Assembly (NCBI GenBank): GCA_964472495.1
Contig: CAYYLD010000002.1
Location: 27,949 to 91,948, forward strand
Direction of reading: 5' to 3'
From: an uncultured Candidatus Saccharibacteria bacterium
Lineage (GTDB): Bacteria; Patescibacteriota; Minisyncoccia; Portnoybacterales; UBA2143
DNA length: 64,000 nt
Shown: piece by piece, positions 38,301 through 49,061 of the stretch
How positions within the stretch are numbered: position 1 is the stretch's first letter
How the letters are laid out: each line of letters opens with the position of its first letter
Program-made: the position numbers and the translations under genes
The notes under the pieces: generated by a model
What the model was told of the DNA's origin: nothing
Seen by the model: the letters and a program-made list of their open reading frames with translations, nothing else
The model's database searches: none

Positions 38301-38633
38301 TTATTTTTTGCTTTCATCTTTTCTCTGCCAACGATTTTTATCTCTCTTATTAAGCTTTTCTTTCATCATTTTCTTGAAGACTTTATCCAAATCAATGCCC
38401 TTAGAATTAGCTAAACAAATTAGAGGGAAAAGAACATCGATTATTTCGTCGCCTAGATTTTTAGCCCCTTGGCCATATTTTTTCTTTTCGGCTCCATGAA
38501 GATGACTGACTTCCCTGGCTAACTCCCCTACTTCCTGCGTTAAATGAGCCAATATTTCGAACGGCTTAAAATAGCCAATCTTATATCGCTTAACCCAATC
38601 ATCGACCTGTTTTTGAATCTCTTTTAAAGGCAT
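38301..38633 (-). CDS. MazG-like nucleotide pyrophosphohydrolase (YpjD type)
   Basis: LTQEVGELAREV and DEIIDVLFPLICLAN motifs. Confidence 0.9.
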   Translation of the reverse strand: MPLKEIQKQVDDWVKRYKIGYFKPFEILAHLTQEVGELAREVSHLHGAEKKKYGQGAKNLGDEIIDVLFPLICLANSKGIDLDKVFKKMMKEKLNKRDKNRWQRKDESKK

Positions 38634-38638
38634 GATTT

Positions 38639-39097
38639 TTATCGATGACGATTATAAACCATATTTTCTGAATAATTTTTCAGAATTTTAGCACTGGTGA
38701 AATACATCTTTTCCGGCAATTTGTCCAGAGCAAACCAACGCCACTCGGTTATTTCATCGGGTTCCATTACTTTCGGTTTACCTTCAAATTCTTCGGATAA
38801 AAACCCAACAGTCACAAAATGGGCGTCGCTAACCCGCTCGTTGGTTAAGCTGATAAATTTTAATTTATCCTGATTGATTTTGATGTTGGTCTCTTCTATC
38901 ACTTCTCGGGCGGCCGCTTCTTCAAGGGTCTCGCCAAAATCAATTTTGCCCCCCGGCATAGTCCAAGTGCCTTCACCGTGAAGCGCCGAATCGGCTTTTT
39001 TGGGGTCATCGTGCCGCTTACCCAAAAGAACTTTGTTGTCTTTTAAAATCATAACGCCAACGCCGGCCTTAACGCCAATTTTTTTGTCTTGAGACAT
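38639..39097 (-). CDS. NUDIX hydrolase (MutT/NUDT15-like)
   Basis: Nudix box GGKIDFGETLEEAAAREVIEETNI; MEPDE...W.WF. Confidence 0.9.
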   Translation of the reverse strand: MSQDKKIGVKAGVGVMILKDNKVLLGKRHDDPKKADSALHGEGTWTMPGGKIDFGETLEEAAAREVIEETNIKINQDKLKFISLTNERVSDAHFVTVGFLSEEFEGKPKVMEPDEITEWRWFALDKLPEKMYFTSAKILKNYSENMVYNRHR

Positions 39098-39159
39098 ACA
39101 TTCGCAATTTTAATTTAAAAATTTGATTTAAAAAAGTGAATTATTCCGAAATCGCAAAC

Positions 39160-39247
39160 TGGCGGAGAGGGCGGGATTCGAACCCGCGATACCTTGCGGT
39201 ATACCTGTTCTCCAAACAGGCGCACTAGGCCACTATGCGACCTCTCC
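39160..39247 (-). tRNA. tRNA-Ser(GGA)
   Basis: GGAGAGG acceptor stem, anticodon arm CCTGT-TTGGAGA-ACAGG, long variable arm, GGTTCGAATCC, encoded CCA. Confidence 0.95.
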
Positions 39248-39252
39248 CTTTA

Positions 39253-39336
39253 AATCCATTTAAGGTTTGCTATTGATATTCCACGATCTTGCGAAGCAAG
39301 GTCATCGTATTAGAAAGGGTGAATCTTAAATGGATT
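39253..39336. repeat. Palindromic element immediately 5' of tRNA-Ser
   Basis: aatccatttaag/cttaaatggatt outer stem with a central cttgc-gaa-gcaag hairpin; the ttccacg..ttgcgaagcaa core is shared with the 46381/49062 repeats. Confidence 0.6.
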
Positions 39337-39603
39337 CTATTTAAAATATTCAGCCAACTTATTTCTTATTTTCTCTACCTCAAAAGTATCCAAAGGATCG
39401 TCCGGCTTATGCTTTAAACGCCTGATTTCCTTTTCCAGTTCAAACTTACTCAAGCCATCTTTTAAGGCGTTCTGGAAAACATCTTCAACATAAGCCCGTT
39501 CTTTGTCGGATAATTCAGGGATTTGACGTAAGGCCTTTTCAAAATCATCCCGATATATTTTTTTGCTTGAACCAAAAAATGCGTCAAAAATACTCATAGA
39601 CAT
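39337..39603 (-). CDS. Hypothetical protein
   Basis: 88-aa ORF packed within the operon. Confidence 0.7.
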   Translation of the reverse strand: MSMSIFDAFFGSSKKIYRDDFEKALRQIPELSDKERAYVEDVFQNALKDGLSKFELEKEIRRLKHKPDDPLDTFEVEKIRNKLAEYFK

Positions 39604-39611
39604 TTAAAAAA

Positions 39612-39974
39612 TTATTTTTCAGTTCTTTTTAATTCCTTCTTTCCCCATAAAATAGTTAATCTATTGCCCAAAAATGCCGCAAAATTATCTCTGGCTGGCT
39701 CGTTAGCAGAATAAGCTAATCTTTTGTATTTTGTAAAATCATGAATATCTTTTTTGGTGATATCATCTGCGGTTAGTTTTTTATAATTTTGCCAAGCCCT
39801 CATATCATCTTCAGTCAATTTTTTTACTTCAGTGTTAGTTAAATTAGGATTAGCTTTTTTCCCTTTTTCTTCTATTTCTTCGTTTCTTAAATTTTCTATC
39901 TCTTGCTGGAAACCCTCCAAAGATTCCTGTTCTTGTTCCGGCTCTTTTTCGAATATGTTCATAATTAAAATCAT
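39612..39974 (-). CDS. Hypothetical protein
   Basis: ORF packed within the operon; start may be 39962. Confidence 0.65.
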   Translation of the reverse strand: MILIMNIFEKEPEQEQESLEGFQQEIENLRNEEIEEKGKKANPNLTNTEVKKLTEDDMRAWQNYKKLTADDITKKDIHDFTKYKRLAYSANEPARDNFAAFLGNRLTILWGKKELKRTEK

Positions 39975-40615
39975 TTTTCGACCAACTTATTCTTCAACAA
40001 AAAATCATTGACTCTTTCAAATATTTTCTGGTGGCCTTGAGGGTTGGGATGGAGGCCATCTTCTAAATCTTCCTTATTTAATAAATCTAACATACTAATA
40101 AACATTACTTTATTTTTTTGGCTAACTTTTTCTATAACTGAATTGTATTTTTCGATATCCTCGTTGGTGTTGTAAAATTTTTGATTCCACCACTGGGGTA
40201 CGGTCCTGCTCTCATCAACCTTGAACAGCCCAATGAATATAATTTTATCGGTATATTTCCCCGCTTTTTTAATCAGTTTTTCCAAATTCTTTTCAAAACT
40301 GTCTATATCTGTGTCTGGATTATCCTTTGTTTCAGTATATTGAGCGTCATTAACACCAATAGCAAAAATCAAAATGTCGAGATTTTTTCTTTTTCTTAAG
40401 TCACCTACTACAAATTCTTTCCCTTGCTCAAATTTATCCAATAACTTTCCGGTATTAAAACCTCCGGTGGCTAAATTGCTGACATAAATACGAATATTCC
40501 GACGATTTTCTTTTTTATGGAAATATTGCTTTAGTCGGTCAGCCCAACCGCCTTTTTCCGGGTCCCAACAGCCCCAAGCAACACTGTCTCCAAAAATTAA
40601 TATATTAATAAACAT
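39971..40615 (-). CDS. SGNH/GDSL hydrolase
   Basis: FGDS, GVND and DGLHPN blocks. Confidence 0.9.
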   Translation of the reverse strand: MFINILIFGDSVAWGCWDPEKGGWADRLKQYFHKKENRRNIRIYVSNLATGGFNTGKLLDKFEQGKEFVVGDLRKRKNLDILIFAIGVNDAQYTETKDNPDTDIDSFEKNLEKLIKKAGKYTDKIIFIGLFKVDESRTVPQWWNQKFYNTNEDIEKYNSVIEKVSQKNKVMFISMLDLLNKEDLEDGLHPNPQGHQKIFERVNDFLLKNKLVEK

Positions 40616-40627
40616 AAAGATTAATTA

Positions 40628-41263
40628 TTATTCCTCGACCAATTTATTCTTCAACAAAAAATCTCTGACTCTTTCAAAAATCTTCTGATGGCCCTGGGAA
40701 TTGGGGTGTAATCCATCCTCTAAATCACTTTTATCAAGTAAATCAAATATATCTATGAATAATAATTTATGTTCCTGGCAAACTGATTTTATTATCTGGT
40801 TGTATTTCTGAATGTTCTTATTAGTATAGTGTAAGCCACTATCCCAGGAAACTGGCGTTGTTTTTGATTCTTCCACTTTTAACCCTCCACTAAAAATAAC
40901 TTTTTTTGTAAATTTCTCGGCTTGTTTTATTAATTCTTTTAAATTATTCTTGAATTTTTCTAAGCTAATCTGCGGACCATCTTTTGATTTTACATACATA
41001 GAGTCATTAGTCCCTATCGAAAATATTATAATAATGTCATCATACCAACCCTTCTTTATTCTTTGTCTTGTTTCAAATTTAAATCTTTTCAATAAATCGC
41101 TTGTATTATCTCCGTCAACTCCGAGATTATATACACTGATATAGCCATCATCAACTTCATTAGCTTCAAAATGCCTTCTTAATCTCTGGACCCAGCCTCC
41201 TCTTTCTGTATCCCAAGCTCCCCATGTTGTACTTGCCCCGAAAACACAAATTACTTTGTCCAT
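40628..41263 (-). CDS. SGNH/GDSL hydrolase (tandem paralog)
   Basis: FGAS, NLGVDG, GTND and DGLHPN blocks. Confidence 0.9.
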   Translation of the reverse strand: MDKVICVFGASTTWGAWDTERGGWVQRLRRHFEANEVDDGYISVYNLGVDGDNTSDLLKRFKFETRQRIKKGWYDDIIIIFSIGTNDSMYVKSKDGPQISLEKFKNNLKELIKQAEKFTKKVIFSGGLKVEESKTTPVSWDSGLHYTNKNIQKYNQIIKSVCQEHKLLFIDIFDLLDKSDLEDGLHPNSQGHQKIFERVRDFLLKNKLVEE

Positions 41264-41267
41264 ATTT

Positions 41268-42161
41268 TTAAATCTCCATCTCCCGCAGATTTCTTATTCT
41301 TTCTTCAACCGGCGGATGGGTCATAAACCATTTAGCCACTTTCCGACCTTTAAAAGGATTGGCAATATACATATGAGCCATCGCTTTGTTGGCCACCCGC
41401 AAAGGTGTCCGGTCAGTTGATATTTTTTCCAAGGCCTTGGCCAGGCCTTCCGGATAACGGGTCAGCAAAGCGCCGTCGGCGTCAGCCAAGAATTCTCTTT
41501 TGCGGGAAATAGTCATTTGAATTAAAAAAGCAAAAAAGGGAGATAAAATAGCCAAGCCGATACCAATTAAGAGCATAATGGCTGCTAATTGGCCGCCTTC
41601 CCGGTTATCTCTTCGGCGACCGCCTAACCAGGTCCAGCGCAAGAACCAATCGGAGATTAAAACAACTAAACCGACCAGAATAACAACAACCGTCTGTAAA
41701 AGAATGTCCCGATTGCCAATATGGCTTAATTCATGAGCTAAAACGCCTTCTAATTCTGTCTGCTCTAATTTTTCTAAAAGTCCTCTGGTCACGGCCACGA
41801 CTGCGTGCTCCGGGTTACGGCCGGTGGCGAAAGCATTGGGAGCCATCTCATCAATAATATAGACTTTGGGCAGAGACAGACCAGCCGTAATACAAAGATT
41901 CTCTACCAACCGATATAACTCCGGATTGTCTTCTTTTTTAATCTCTTGGGCCCGGCTCATCTTTAAGATAATTTTGTCCGAATACCAATAAGAAGTAAAA
42001 CTCATTGCCGCGCTAAAAACTACAGCCACGACTAAAATAATTGGGCTGTTGAACTGATAAGAAAAAACCCAGCCCAAACCGATAATAAAAAGCAGAAAAA
42101 AAATAATTAAAAACCAAGTCCGCCGGATATTACTATCTTTGTGAGTGTATAAAGTGGCCAT
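41268..42161 (-). CDS. htpX: HtpX-like M48 zinc metalloprotease
   Basis: PNAFATG, HELSH, SRKREFLAD and THPP motifs; paired with lemA. Confidence 0.92.
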   Translation of the reverse strand: MATLYTHKDSNIRRTWFLIIFFLLFIIGLGWVFSYQFNSPIILVVAVVFSAAMSFTSYWYSDKIILKMSRAQEIKKEDNPELYRLVENLCITAGLSLPKVYIIDEMAPNAFATGRNPEHAVVAVTRGLLEKLEQTELEGVLAHELSHIGNRDILLQTVVVILVGLVVLISDWFLRWTWLGGRRRDNREGGQLAAIMLLIGIGLAILSPFFAFLIQMTISRKREFLADADGALLTRYPEGLAKALEKISTDRTPLRVANKAMAHMYIANPFKGRKVAKWFMTHPPVEERIRNLREMEI

Positions 42162-42166
42162 CTCTT

Positions 42167-42247
42167 AAGGGGTCGCCCTTTTGGACAGTCGCCTTAGGCG
42201 ACTGATCCTCAATGGCAACCCTTTATAGTTCCAAGGGCGTCCCTTAA
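42167..42247. repeat. REP-like nested hairpin
   Basis: aaggggtcgcc..gga-cagtcgcc-tta-ggcgactg-atcc..ggcaaccctt; same family as the in-frame insertion at 46177. Confidence 0.65.
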
Positions 42248-42251
42248 AAAT

Positions 42252-42809
42252 TTAGAAACTGACTTTAACTGGTTTTCGGGCAGCCGCTTCTTCTATTTCA
42301 AAAAAATCCCGCTTCTTAAAACTAAACATGCCGGCGACTAAATTATTAGGGAACTTCTGGATTTTAATATTAAAGTCCCTGACATTGCCGTTGAAAAAGC
42401 GGCGGGCGGCCTGAATTTTATTCTCGGTGTCAGATAATTCCCGCTGCAATTCCAGGAAATTCTGATTAGCTTTTAGGTCCGGATAATTTTCAGCCACCGC
42501 AAACAATGACTTCAAGGCGCCAGCCAGCATATTTTCCGCTTGGCCGTGTTCCTCAACCGTTTGAGCTCCCATGGCGGCGGTTCGCGCTTGAGTCACTTTC
42601 TCAAAAAGCTCTCTTTCGTGCCGAGCATATCCTTTGACTGTCCCGACTAAATTAGGAATCAGGTTATAACGCCTCTTCAGTTGAACATCGATGTCCGACC
42701 AGGCCTCATCAGTCCTGTTTCTTAATCTAACTAGGCCATTGTAGATAGCGATTAACCAAAAGAGAATAATCGCGGCAACAATAATAGTTGCCCATAAGGT
42801 TGTGCTCAT
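42252..42809 (-). CDS. lemA: LemA family protein
   Basis: YNGLV, IDVQLKRR..LIPNL, ENYPDLKA and ENKIQAARR motifs; start revised. Confidence 0.95.
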   Translation of the reverse strand: MSTTLWATIIVAAIILFWLIAIYNGLVRLRNRTDEAWSDIDVQLKRRYNLIPNLVGTVKGYARHERELFEKVTQARTAAMGAQTVEEHGQAENMLAGALKSLFAVAENYPDLKANQNFLELQRELSDTENKIQAARRFFNGNVRDFNIKIQKFPNNLVAGMFSFKKRDFFEIEEAAARKPVKVSF

Positions 42810-42926
42810 ATTTAAGGTCTCCTTTCTGTCTATATTATAGTATATCTCCAAATTTATGCAATCGTTGACAGAATTTATTCCATTACCTAAAATTGAAAGA
42901 AATAGTTCTTTCAAAGGGGGTAAAAA

Positions 42927-43097
42927 ATGAAAACATCAACTAGATGGATTATTGTCTGCTTTGTGATACTAATTACGGGATGCTTAATCGGAGGAATGCA
43001 TTTAGACTTAATCTCTGTTATTCCAAAAAAATGGGCTTCTGATATTGGAACTATTGGAGTATTCGTAGCCATCATTTTCGCCTGGCCTAGCTCCTAA
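42927..43097 (+). CDS. Small 56-aa two-TM membrane protein (not in ORF track)
   Basis: MKTSTRWIIVCFVILITGCLIGGMHLDLISVIPKKWASDIGTIGVFVAIIFAWPSS; TTGACA (42865), 17 nt, TAAAAT; SD AAGGGGG; terminator ~43117-43150. Confidence 0.65.
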   Translation: MKTSTRWIIVCFVILITGCLIGGMHLDLISVIPKKWASDIGTIGVFVAIIFAWPSS

Positions 43098-43159
43098 GGA
43101 TAAAGGCGATTAAAAAACAGCCGCTTTAAACAAAACGGCTGTCTTTTTTTGAAAGTATT

Positions 43160-44803
<1,644 letters not shown>

Positions 44804-44860
44804 TCACAGCCGGAAAAGAACCTGCTTTGCCATCAAAACAGATTCTCTCAGCCATAACTT

Positions 44861-45139
44861 TTATTTCTCCAAAATTGCCAAAATATCCTCCTCTCTGGCA
44901 ATCAAATATTCTTTATTATCTATTTTAATTTCATTAGGTCCGTATTTGGTAAATAAAACAATATCGCCCTTCTTAACATTAATCGGTTTATTGGGACGGC
45001 CCGGACCGACGGCCACCACTTTGCCCTGTTCGGGCTTTTCTTTTTCAGCCGTCTCCGGCAAAACAATACCCGATTTAGTTTTTTCTTCTGTGGAAATTGG
45101 TTCAATGAGAACCCGGTCAGCTAAAGGTTTAATGTTCAT
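44861..45139 (-). CDS. groS: Co-chaperonin GroES
   Basis: IKPLADRVLI, TKSGIVLP and EEDILA motifs; TTGACA-17-TAGAAT promoter ~45248-45220. Confidence 0.98.
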   Translation of the reverse strand: MNIKPLADRVLIEPISTEEKTKSGIVLPETAEKEKPEQGKVVAVGPGRPNKPINVKKGDIVLFTKYGPNEIKIDNKEYLIAREEDILAILEK

Positions 45140-45266
45140 ATTTGCTTAATCAAACAGCGAACAACAAACAGCGAACAATAGAAATTGTTCACTGATAGCT
45201 ATCCTCTGTTCTATAAACTATTCTAATCCCGAATCTCTCTATTGTCAAGTCAGTTAGCGGCTTAGC

Positions 45267-45323
45267 GGGGCGTCCCTTTTTTATACGCCTTTTGCAAAGG
45301 GCGTATAAAAAAGGGACGCCCCG
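45267..45323. repeat. GGGCGTCCC REP-like long palindrome
   Basis: ggggcgtccctttttttatacgccttttgcaaagggcgtataaaaaagggacgcccc. Confidence 0.8.
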
Positions 45324-45332
45324 GGAGTAACG

Positions 45333-46373
45333 CTATACCCTCAAACCCGAGTCCTTTTCCTGAGCCATCCCAGCTAAACCCAACTCTTCCATTCGCCGGT
45401 TATACTTTTCTAAAATCCCCTTTTCCGGCGAGTCCGGATGGAATTCTAATTGATTATCGTCAAAGACAACCCGGCCGCCGGTCTGATAAGTTAAAGGGTC
45501 TTTTTTAATCCGTCTGAATTGAATCTTTTTGAGAATAAATTCCAAAGCATCACCTATTTGAGTATCCAAAATAGATTCTCTCAATTTCCTAATTGAATTG
45601 AATAAACGATTAGTTCCAACTTCTCTTAAATAACCCCTCCGGCTCTGAGGATAAAAAGTTAAATATTCGGTCAACCATTGATTAGTTCTCTGGAATTTCT
45701 TATACAACCCGGTCTCGGCCTGCCAAACCGGAATCAGATGAGCATAGGTCTGAGCATTGTATAAACTGGGCAAAGGGATTTTTAAGGACTGGTTGGTTAT
45801 ATAATGATTAAGACAAAATCTGTTTTTAGTCAACTGGCCGTGCCGCCGCTGGCCAAGCAAATGAACAAACAAGGTCGTTAATGCCCGACAAGTCCAAATG
45901 CGGCCAGCTTTGGTCACAATTAACAAATCAATATCTGATTCTTTTCTGGGATTATTCATGGCCAAGGAGCCGCTGACCATAATCAGGCGGATATAAGGAA
46001 TGGTCTGAAGTAATTTTGTTATCCGGCTGATTTTTTTCCAGCGCTGGTCAGCCAATTTCTGTTTTTTAATTCTTTGTTTAACTAAGCTGGTTCGGCCTTT
46101 TAAAAAATAAAAGCCGTTCTTTTGACCGATTAATTCAGTCAAAGCCGGACTATTGTCTAAAACTTCTAAAATGTGTTCAAAATCCAAGGATTGCCATTGA
46201 GGATCACGTCCCTCGCCTTTGGCGAGGGCGTATCCGAAAGGGCGATTCTTGGATTTTGATGACCTCGGCTCTAAACGTATCAAATACCTAAAAACTTCCC
46301 AGCCAGTCAGCGGCCGCTCCAAGACATCGTAATAAACCAGCGTAGCCAAAATTGCCTTTTCTAAATCAGTCAT
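45333..46373 (-). CDS. Nucleotidyltransferase-domain protein (GS...DxD)
   Basis: VSGSLAM...ESDIDLLIV and FCLNHY motifs; carries a palindromic insertion. Confidence 0.75.
   Translation of the reverse strand: MTDLEKAILATLVYYDVLERPLTGWEVFRYLIRLEPRSSKSKNRPFGYALAKGEGRDPQWQSLDFEHILEVLDNSPALTELIGQKNGFYFLKGRTSLVKQRIKKQKLADQRWKKISRITKLLQTIPYIRLIMVSGSLAMNNPRKESDIDLLIVTKAGRIWTCRALTTLFVHLLGQRRHGQLTKNRFCLNHYITNQSLKIPLPSLYNAQTYAHLIPVWQAETGLYKKFQRTNQWLTEYLTFYPQSRRGYLREVGTNRLFNSIRKLRESILDTQIGDALEFILKKIQFRRIKKDPLTYQTGGRVVFDDNQLEFHPDSPEKGILEKYNRRMEELGLAGMAQEKDSGLRV
46177..46259. repeat. In-frame palindromic insertion
   Basis: tcaaaatccaaggattgcc/ggcgattcttggattttga outer stem with an inner ccctcgcc-ttt-ggcgaggg hairpin. 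Confidence 0.75.
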
Positions 46374-46380
46374 AATTTAT

Positions 46381-46502
46381 AAGGGCGTGCATCGAGACTC
46401 CACATAGAGGGTTGCCCTCGAGATTCCACGCCCTTTGCGAAGCAAAGGACGTGGTCGAGAGGGCGACCCTTTAAGCAAGTCGTGGTCGAGAAGCATGCCC
46501 TT
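46381..46502 (+). repeat. 122-bp REP/MITE-like element, left inverted repeat
   Basis: 116/122 identical to the reverse complement of 49062-49183 (manual alignment); itself a nested hairpin. Confidence 0.9.
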
Positions 46503-46605
46503 AAGGCGAAAATCTATCCGAAAGGGCGACCCTTGACGAATCTACTTCTATCATACTCCGTTCCCCTCAAAGAAAAAAGAGGTGTCCGGATTACATCCAA
46601 ACACC

Positions 46606-48174
46606 TCATATCAATTCTTGCAGGTATTCATTAGTCGAAAGTTCTTCCAGCGCCGAATTCAACAAGAAGCTAATTTCTCCTTCAGGTTTTCCCAAAACAG
46701 CGGATATTCCAGCTAAAGAATACTCATCAAAAATGACCATTTTAACAATCAGTTTTTCAACATCGCTTAAGCCATTTAAGGCATTATCAATAATCTGCTG
46801 TTTTTCCCGAAGAAGAGCTATTGCTTCCGGGGTCTTGGTACTGCCTATCTGAAGCCAGCCTCGTCGACTTTCAGAAATTACTTCTATACCCCTACTCACC
46901 AATTCATCCAATAGTTTAAGATTGCGGCTGTTAGAACATCGGGCAAGAGTATCTGATTTTCTTTCGGCAAACTCGGACTCTCTATGAATTCTCTCCATCT
47001 GAGCGATTAAACGACTATGAGCTATGCGCAATTTTCTTTTAGACAGCTCGATGACATCTTCAGGAGCTTTCTCTAATCCGTTAATAGAGAATGGGCCACG
47101 AGGAGGACTATAAAGACGTTGAAGAGTCCCCCAATCCAGACCAGGGTGTCTAACAGATAGTGCCTCAATCACATGGGACAAAGTTATCCCTTCAGCCAGA
47201 AGGTCAATAGCTTTTAAACGATCTCCTAATGAGATTCTGATTGGTTGTTGTCTTTTTAACCGCCAGCGAATACCAAACGGACTCTCCAATCTTTCAAATA
47301 GTATTCCTTTGTTCCTGCGCAGATGCTGGGCAATATTTTCCTGAATCGAGGATTGAGTTGCCGAAGGAGACAAAGCGTACCCCGAGCCTGGGTGCATCAC
47401 TAACTTAGCTAAATCAGCAACTGACCAACCTCTCTTTTTCCCAAAATAGGACATTAACATGAACAGCTTTTCTGTTTGTGGTTTAGTTCGAACGGGTGGC
47501 GAAGTCACTCCAGATATAACTTCCCATTTTGTTAAAAGAGAATCATCATCGCATTTTTTAAAAAGACGCCGATGTCTCTTTTTCCTACTTCCGTCACGCA
47601 AGGCGCTGTTAACCGCTTTTCTGAGAGCAAGATGATTAGGATGCATGCCGTGATAATCCGGATGTTTCTTAACAGTGAAAACCAGTTCTCTCTGTTCCAG
47701 TGGCCCTTGCTTCGAGAGAATCTCAACCATTAAGCTCCGTAGGCTGCATTCGCCCCGTAATCGTCTTTGACCCTTTTTGGCAATAGGACCAAAGGATTTT
47801 TTTCTCAAGGTCATTGTTTGCCGGAATTCCGGGTCGGGGATAGTACCTGGAACAAACCACTCTTTTTTCCAAACGTCAAATACTTTCCCCGGATAACGAC
47901 GCTTGAAATAAAACAATCTCTCCCATAAATGGTTAGCCAGCTTTTCTCCAGTCGCACCTTTAGTCTCATACGGATATTCAAGAATCAATAGAGATAGTTC
48001 GTAAGCTGTCCAGCTTCTCTCCGATAGAATCTTAATAAGAATGATGGTATTTCTGTTGGTGGTATCAATGACATCTTTTAAGCTGGCGATGACTTCATTT
48101 GCCGAACGAGGAACAACAATTAATGGCTTGTTCTTTTTCCCTTTTTCTTTCTTTTCTTCTTTTTTCCCTTCCAA
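46606..48174 (-). CDS. Hypothetical DNA-binding protein: three winged-HTH-like units plus a C-terminal sigma70 region-4-like HTH
   Basis: Three ~70-aa units with a similar helix and F...W pattern; C-terminal LSDVEKLIVKM..FDEYSLAGISAVLG. Confidence 0.6.
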   Translation of the reverse strand: MEGKKEEKKEKGKKNKPLIVVPRSANEVIASLKDVIDTTNRNTIILIKILSERSWTAYELSLLILEYPYETKGATGEKLANHLWERLFYFKRRYPGKVFDVWKKEWFVPGTIPDPEFRQTMTLRKKSFGPIAKKGQRRLRGECSLRSLMVEILSKQGPLEQRELVFTVKKHPDYHGMHPNHLALRKAVNSALRDGSRKKRHRRLFKKCDDDSLLTKWEVISGVTSPPVRTKPQTEKLFMLMSYFGKKRGWSVADLAKLVMHPGSGYALSPSATQSSIQENIAQHLRRNKGILFERLESPFGIRWRLKRQQPIRISLGDRLKAIDLLAEGITLSHVIEALSVRHPGLDWGTLQRLYSPPRGPFSINGLEKAPEDVIELSKRKLRIAHSRLIAQMERIHRESEFAERKSDTLARCSNSRNLKLLDELVSRGIEVISESRRGWLQIGSTKTPEAIALLREKQQIIDNALNGLSDVEKLIVKMVIFDEYSLAGISAVLGKPEGEISFLLNSALEELSTNEYLQELI

Positions 48175-48932
48175 TTTGTGCCTCCTTTGCTAAAAAAGAA
48201 TGGGTAGAATTTTTCGCTAATCGGCCAGCCAATCAAAGGGACCACTTGGAGATTTCCATATATTCTTTTTTCTTCGTAGGTTATTAAGTCCGAGGCAATC
48301 TGATCAAGGAACAATCTTATTTGTTTCGGCCCTTCTGCCCATATTTTGATTCTTGTCCCACAAAGCTTATCTTTTGTCTTAGCTGATCGACAATCAACCG
48401 GCCTAACCGGATAAATACTACAAAGGTCTTTGTCTAAAAAAATACAAGACCTTTCCCGATAAGCCTCTCTTAAGGCTGGTCCTACATCTTCCCAGCGTTC
48501 TATATCGACCACAGCCGATAAAGAAGACGATGTTAAAAGGCTTCTCTTGTTTCTTTGATAATAATGGTAAAAATCCAAAGCCTCCTTTTTAACTCTCTGT
48601 TTAATGGAGCGGCGGTTTGGCTTAGAAAGCGAGCTTATATAATCAATTATCAGCTCCATTTCTAAAGTAGTACAACAAACCAACTGGTGGCAGCACCAAG
48701 AACAACCCCGATGACAGCTAATTTCATTTTCTTTTAGGTACTCTTCAGTCAAATCATCCATTAGACGGAAAATATTTCTGACTAAAGCTACGCCTTCTTC
48801 GGGTTCTCCTAATCTCTCTAAAAATTCGCCTTTTGCTTTACCGTAAACAATCCGCTCTCCTTCACTCATTTTCCAGCCATGAACCGGGTCAATCTGATCA
48901 ACCCTTACTTGCATTTCTCGCAATAAATACAT
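48120..48932 (-). CDS. YkgJ/FliB-type Cys-cluster (Fe-S/Zn) protein
   Basis: CHRGCSWCC and CIFL...CSIYPVRPVDCR motifs; SD AAAGGAGGTG. Confidence 0.85.
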   Translation of the reverse strand: MYLLREMQVRVDQIDPVHGWKMSEGERIVYGKAKGEFLERLGEPEEGVALVRNIFRLMDDLTEEYLKENEISCHRGCSWCCHQLVCCTTLEMELIIDYISSLSKPNRRSIKQRVKKEALDFYHYYQRNKRSLLTSSSLSAVVDIERWEDVGPALREAYRERSCIFLDKDLCSIYPVRPVDCRSAKTKDKLCGTRIKIWAEGPKQIRLFLDQIASDLITYEEKRIYGNLQVVPLIGWPISEKFYPFFFSKGGTNWKGKKKKRKKKGKRTSH

Positions 48933-49061
48933 TTCCTTTCACCTCCTTTATTCAAAAATTAAGGTACAAATTAAGCCAAACCTTCTTTGGTTTGGCTAAT
49001 TGACTATTAAAATAACTTTAACAGATTCAAAGGAATAGTCAATCTCTAAAGAGTCGTTTTA

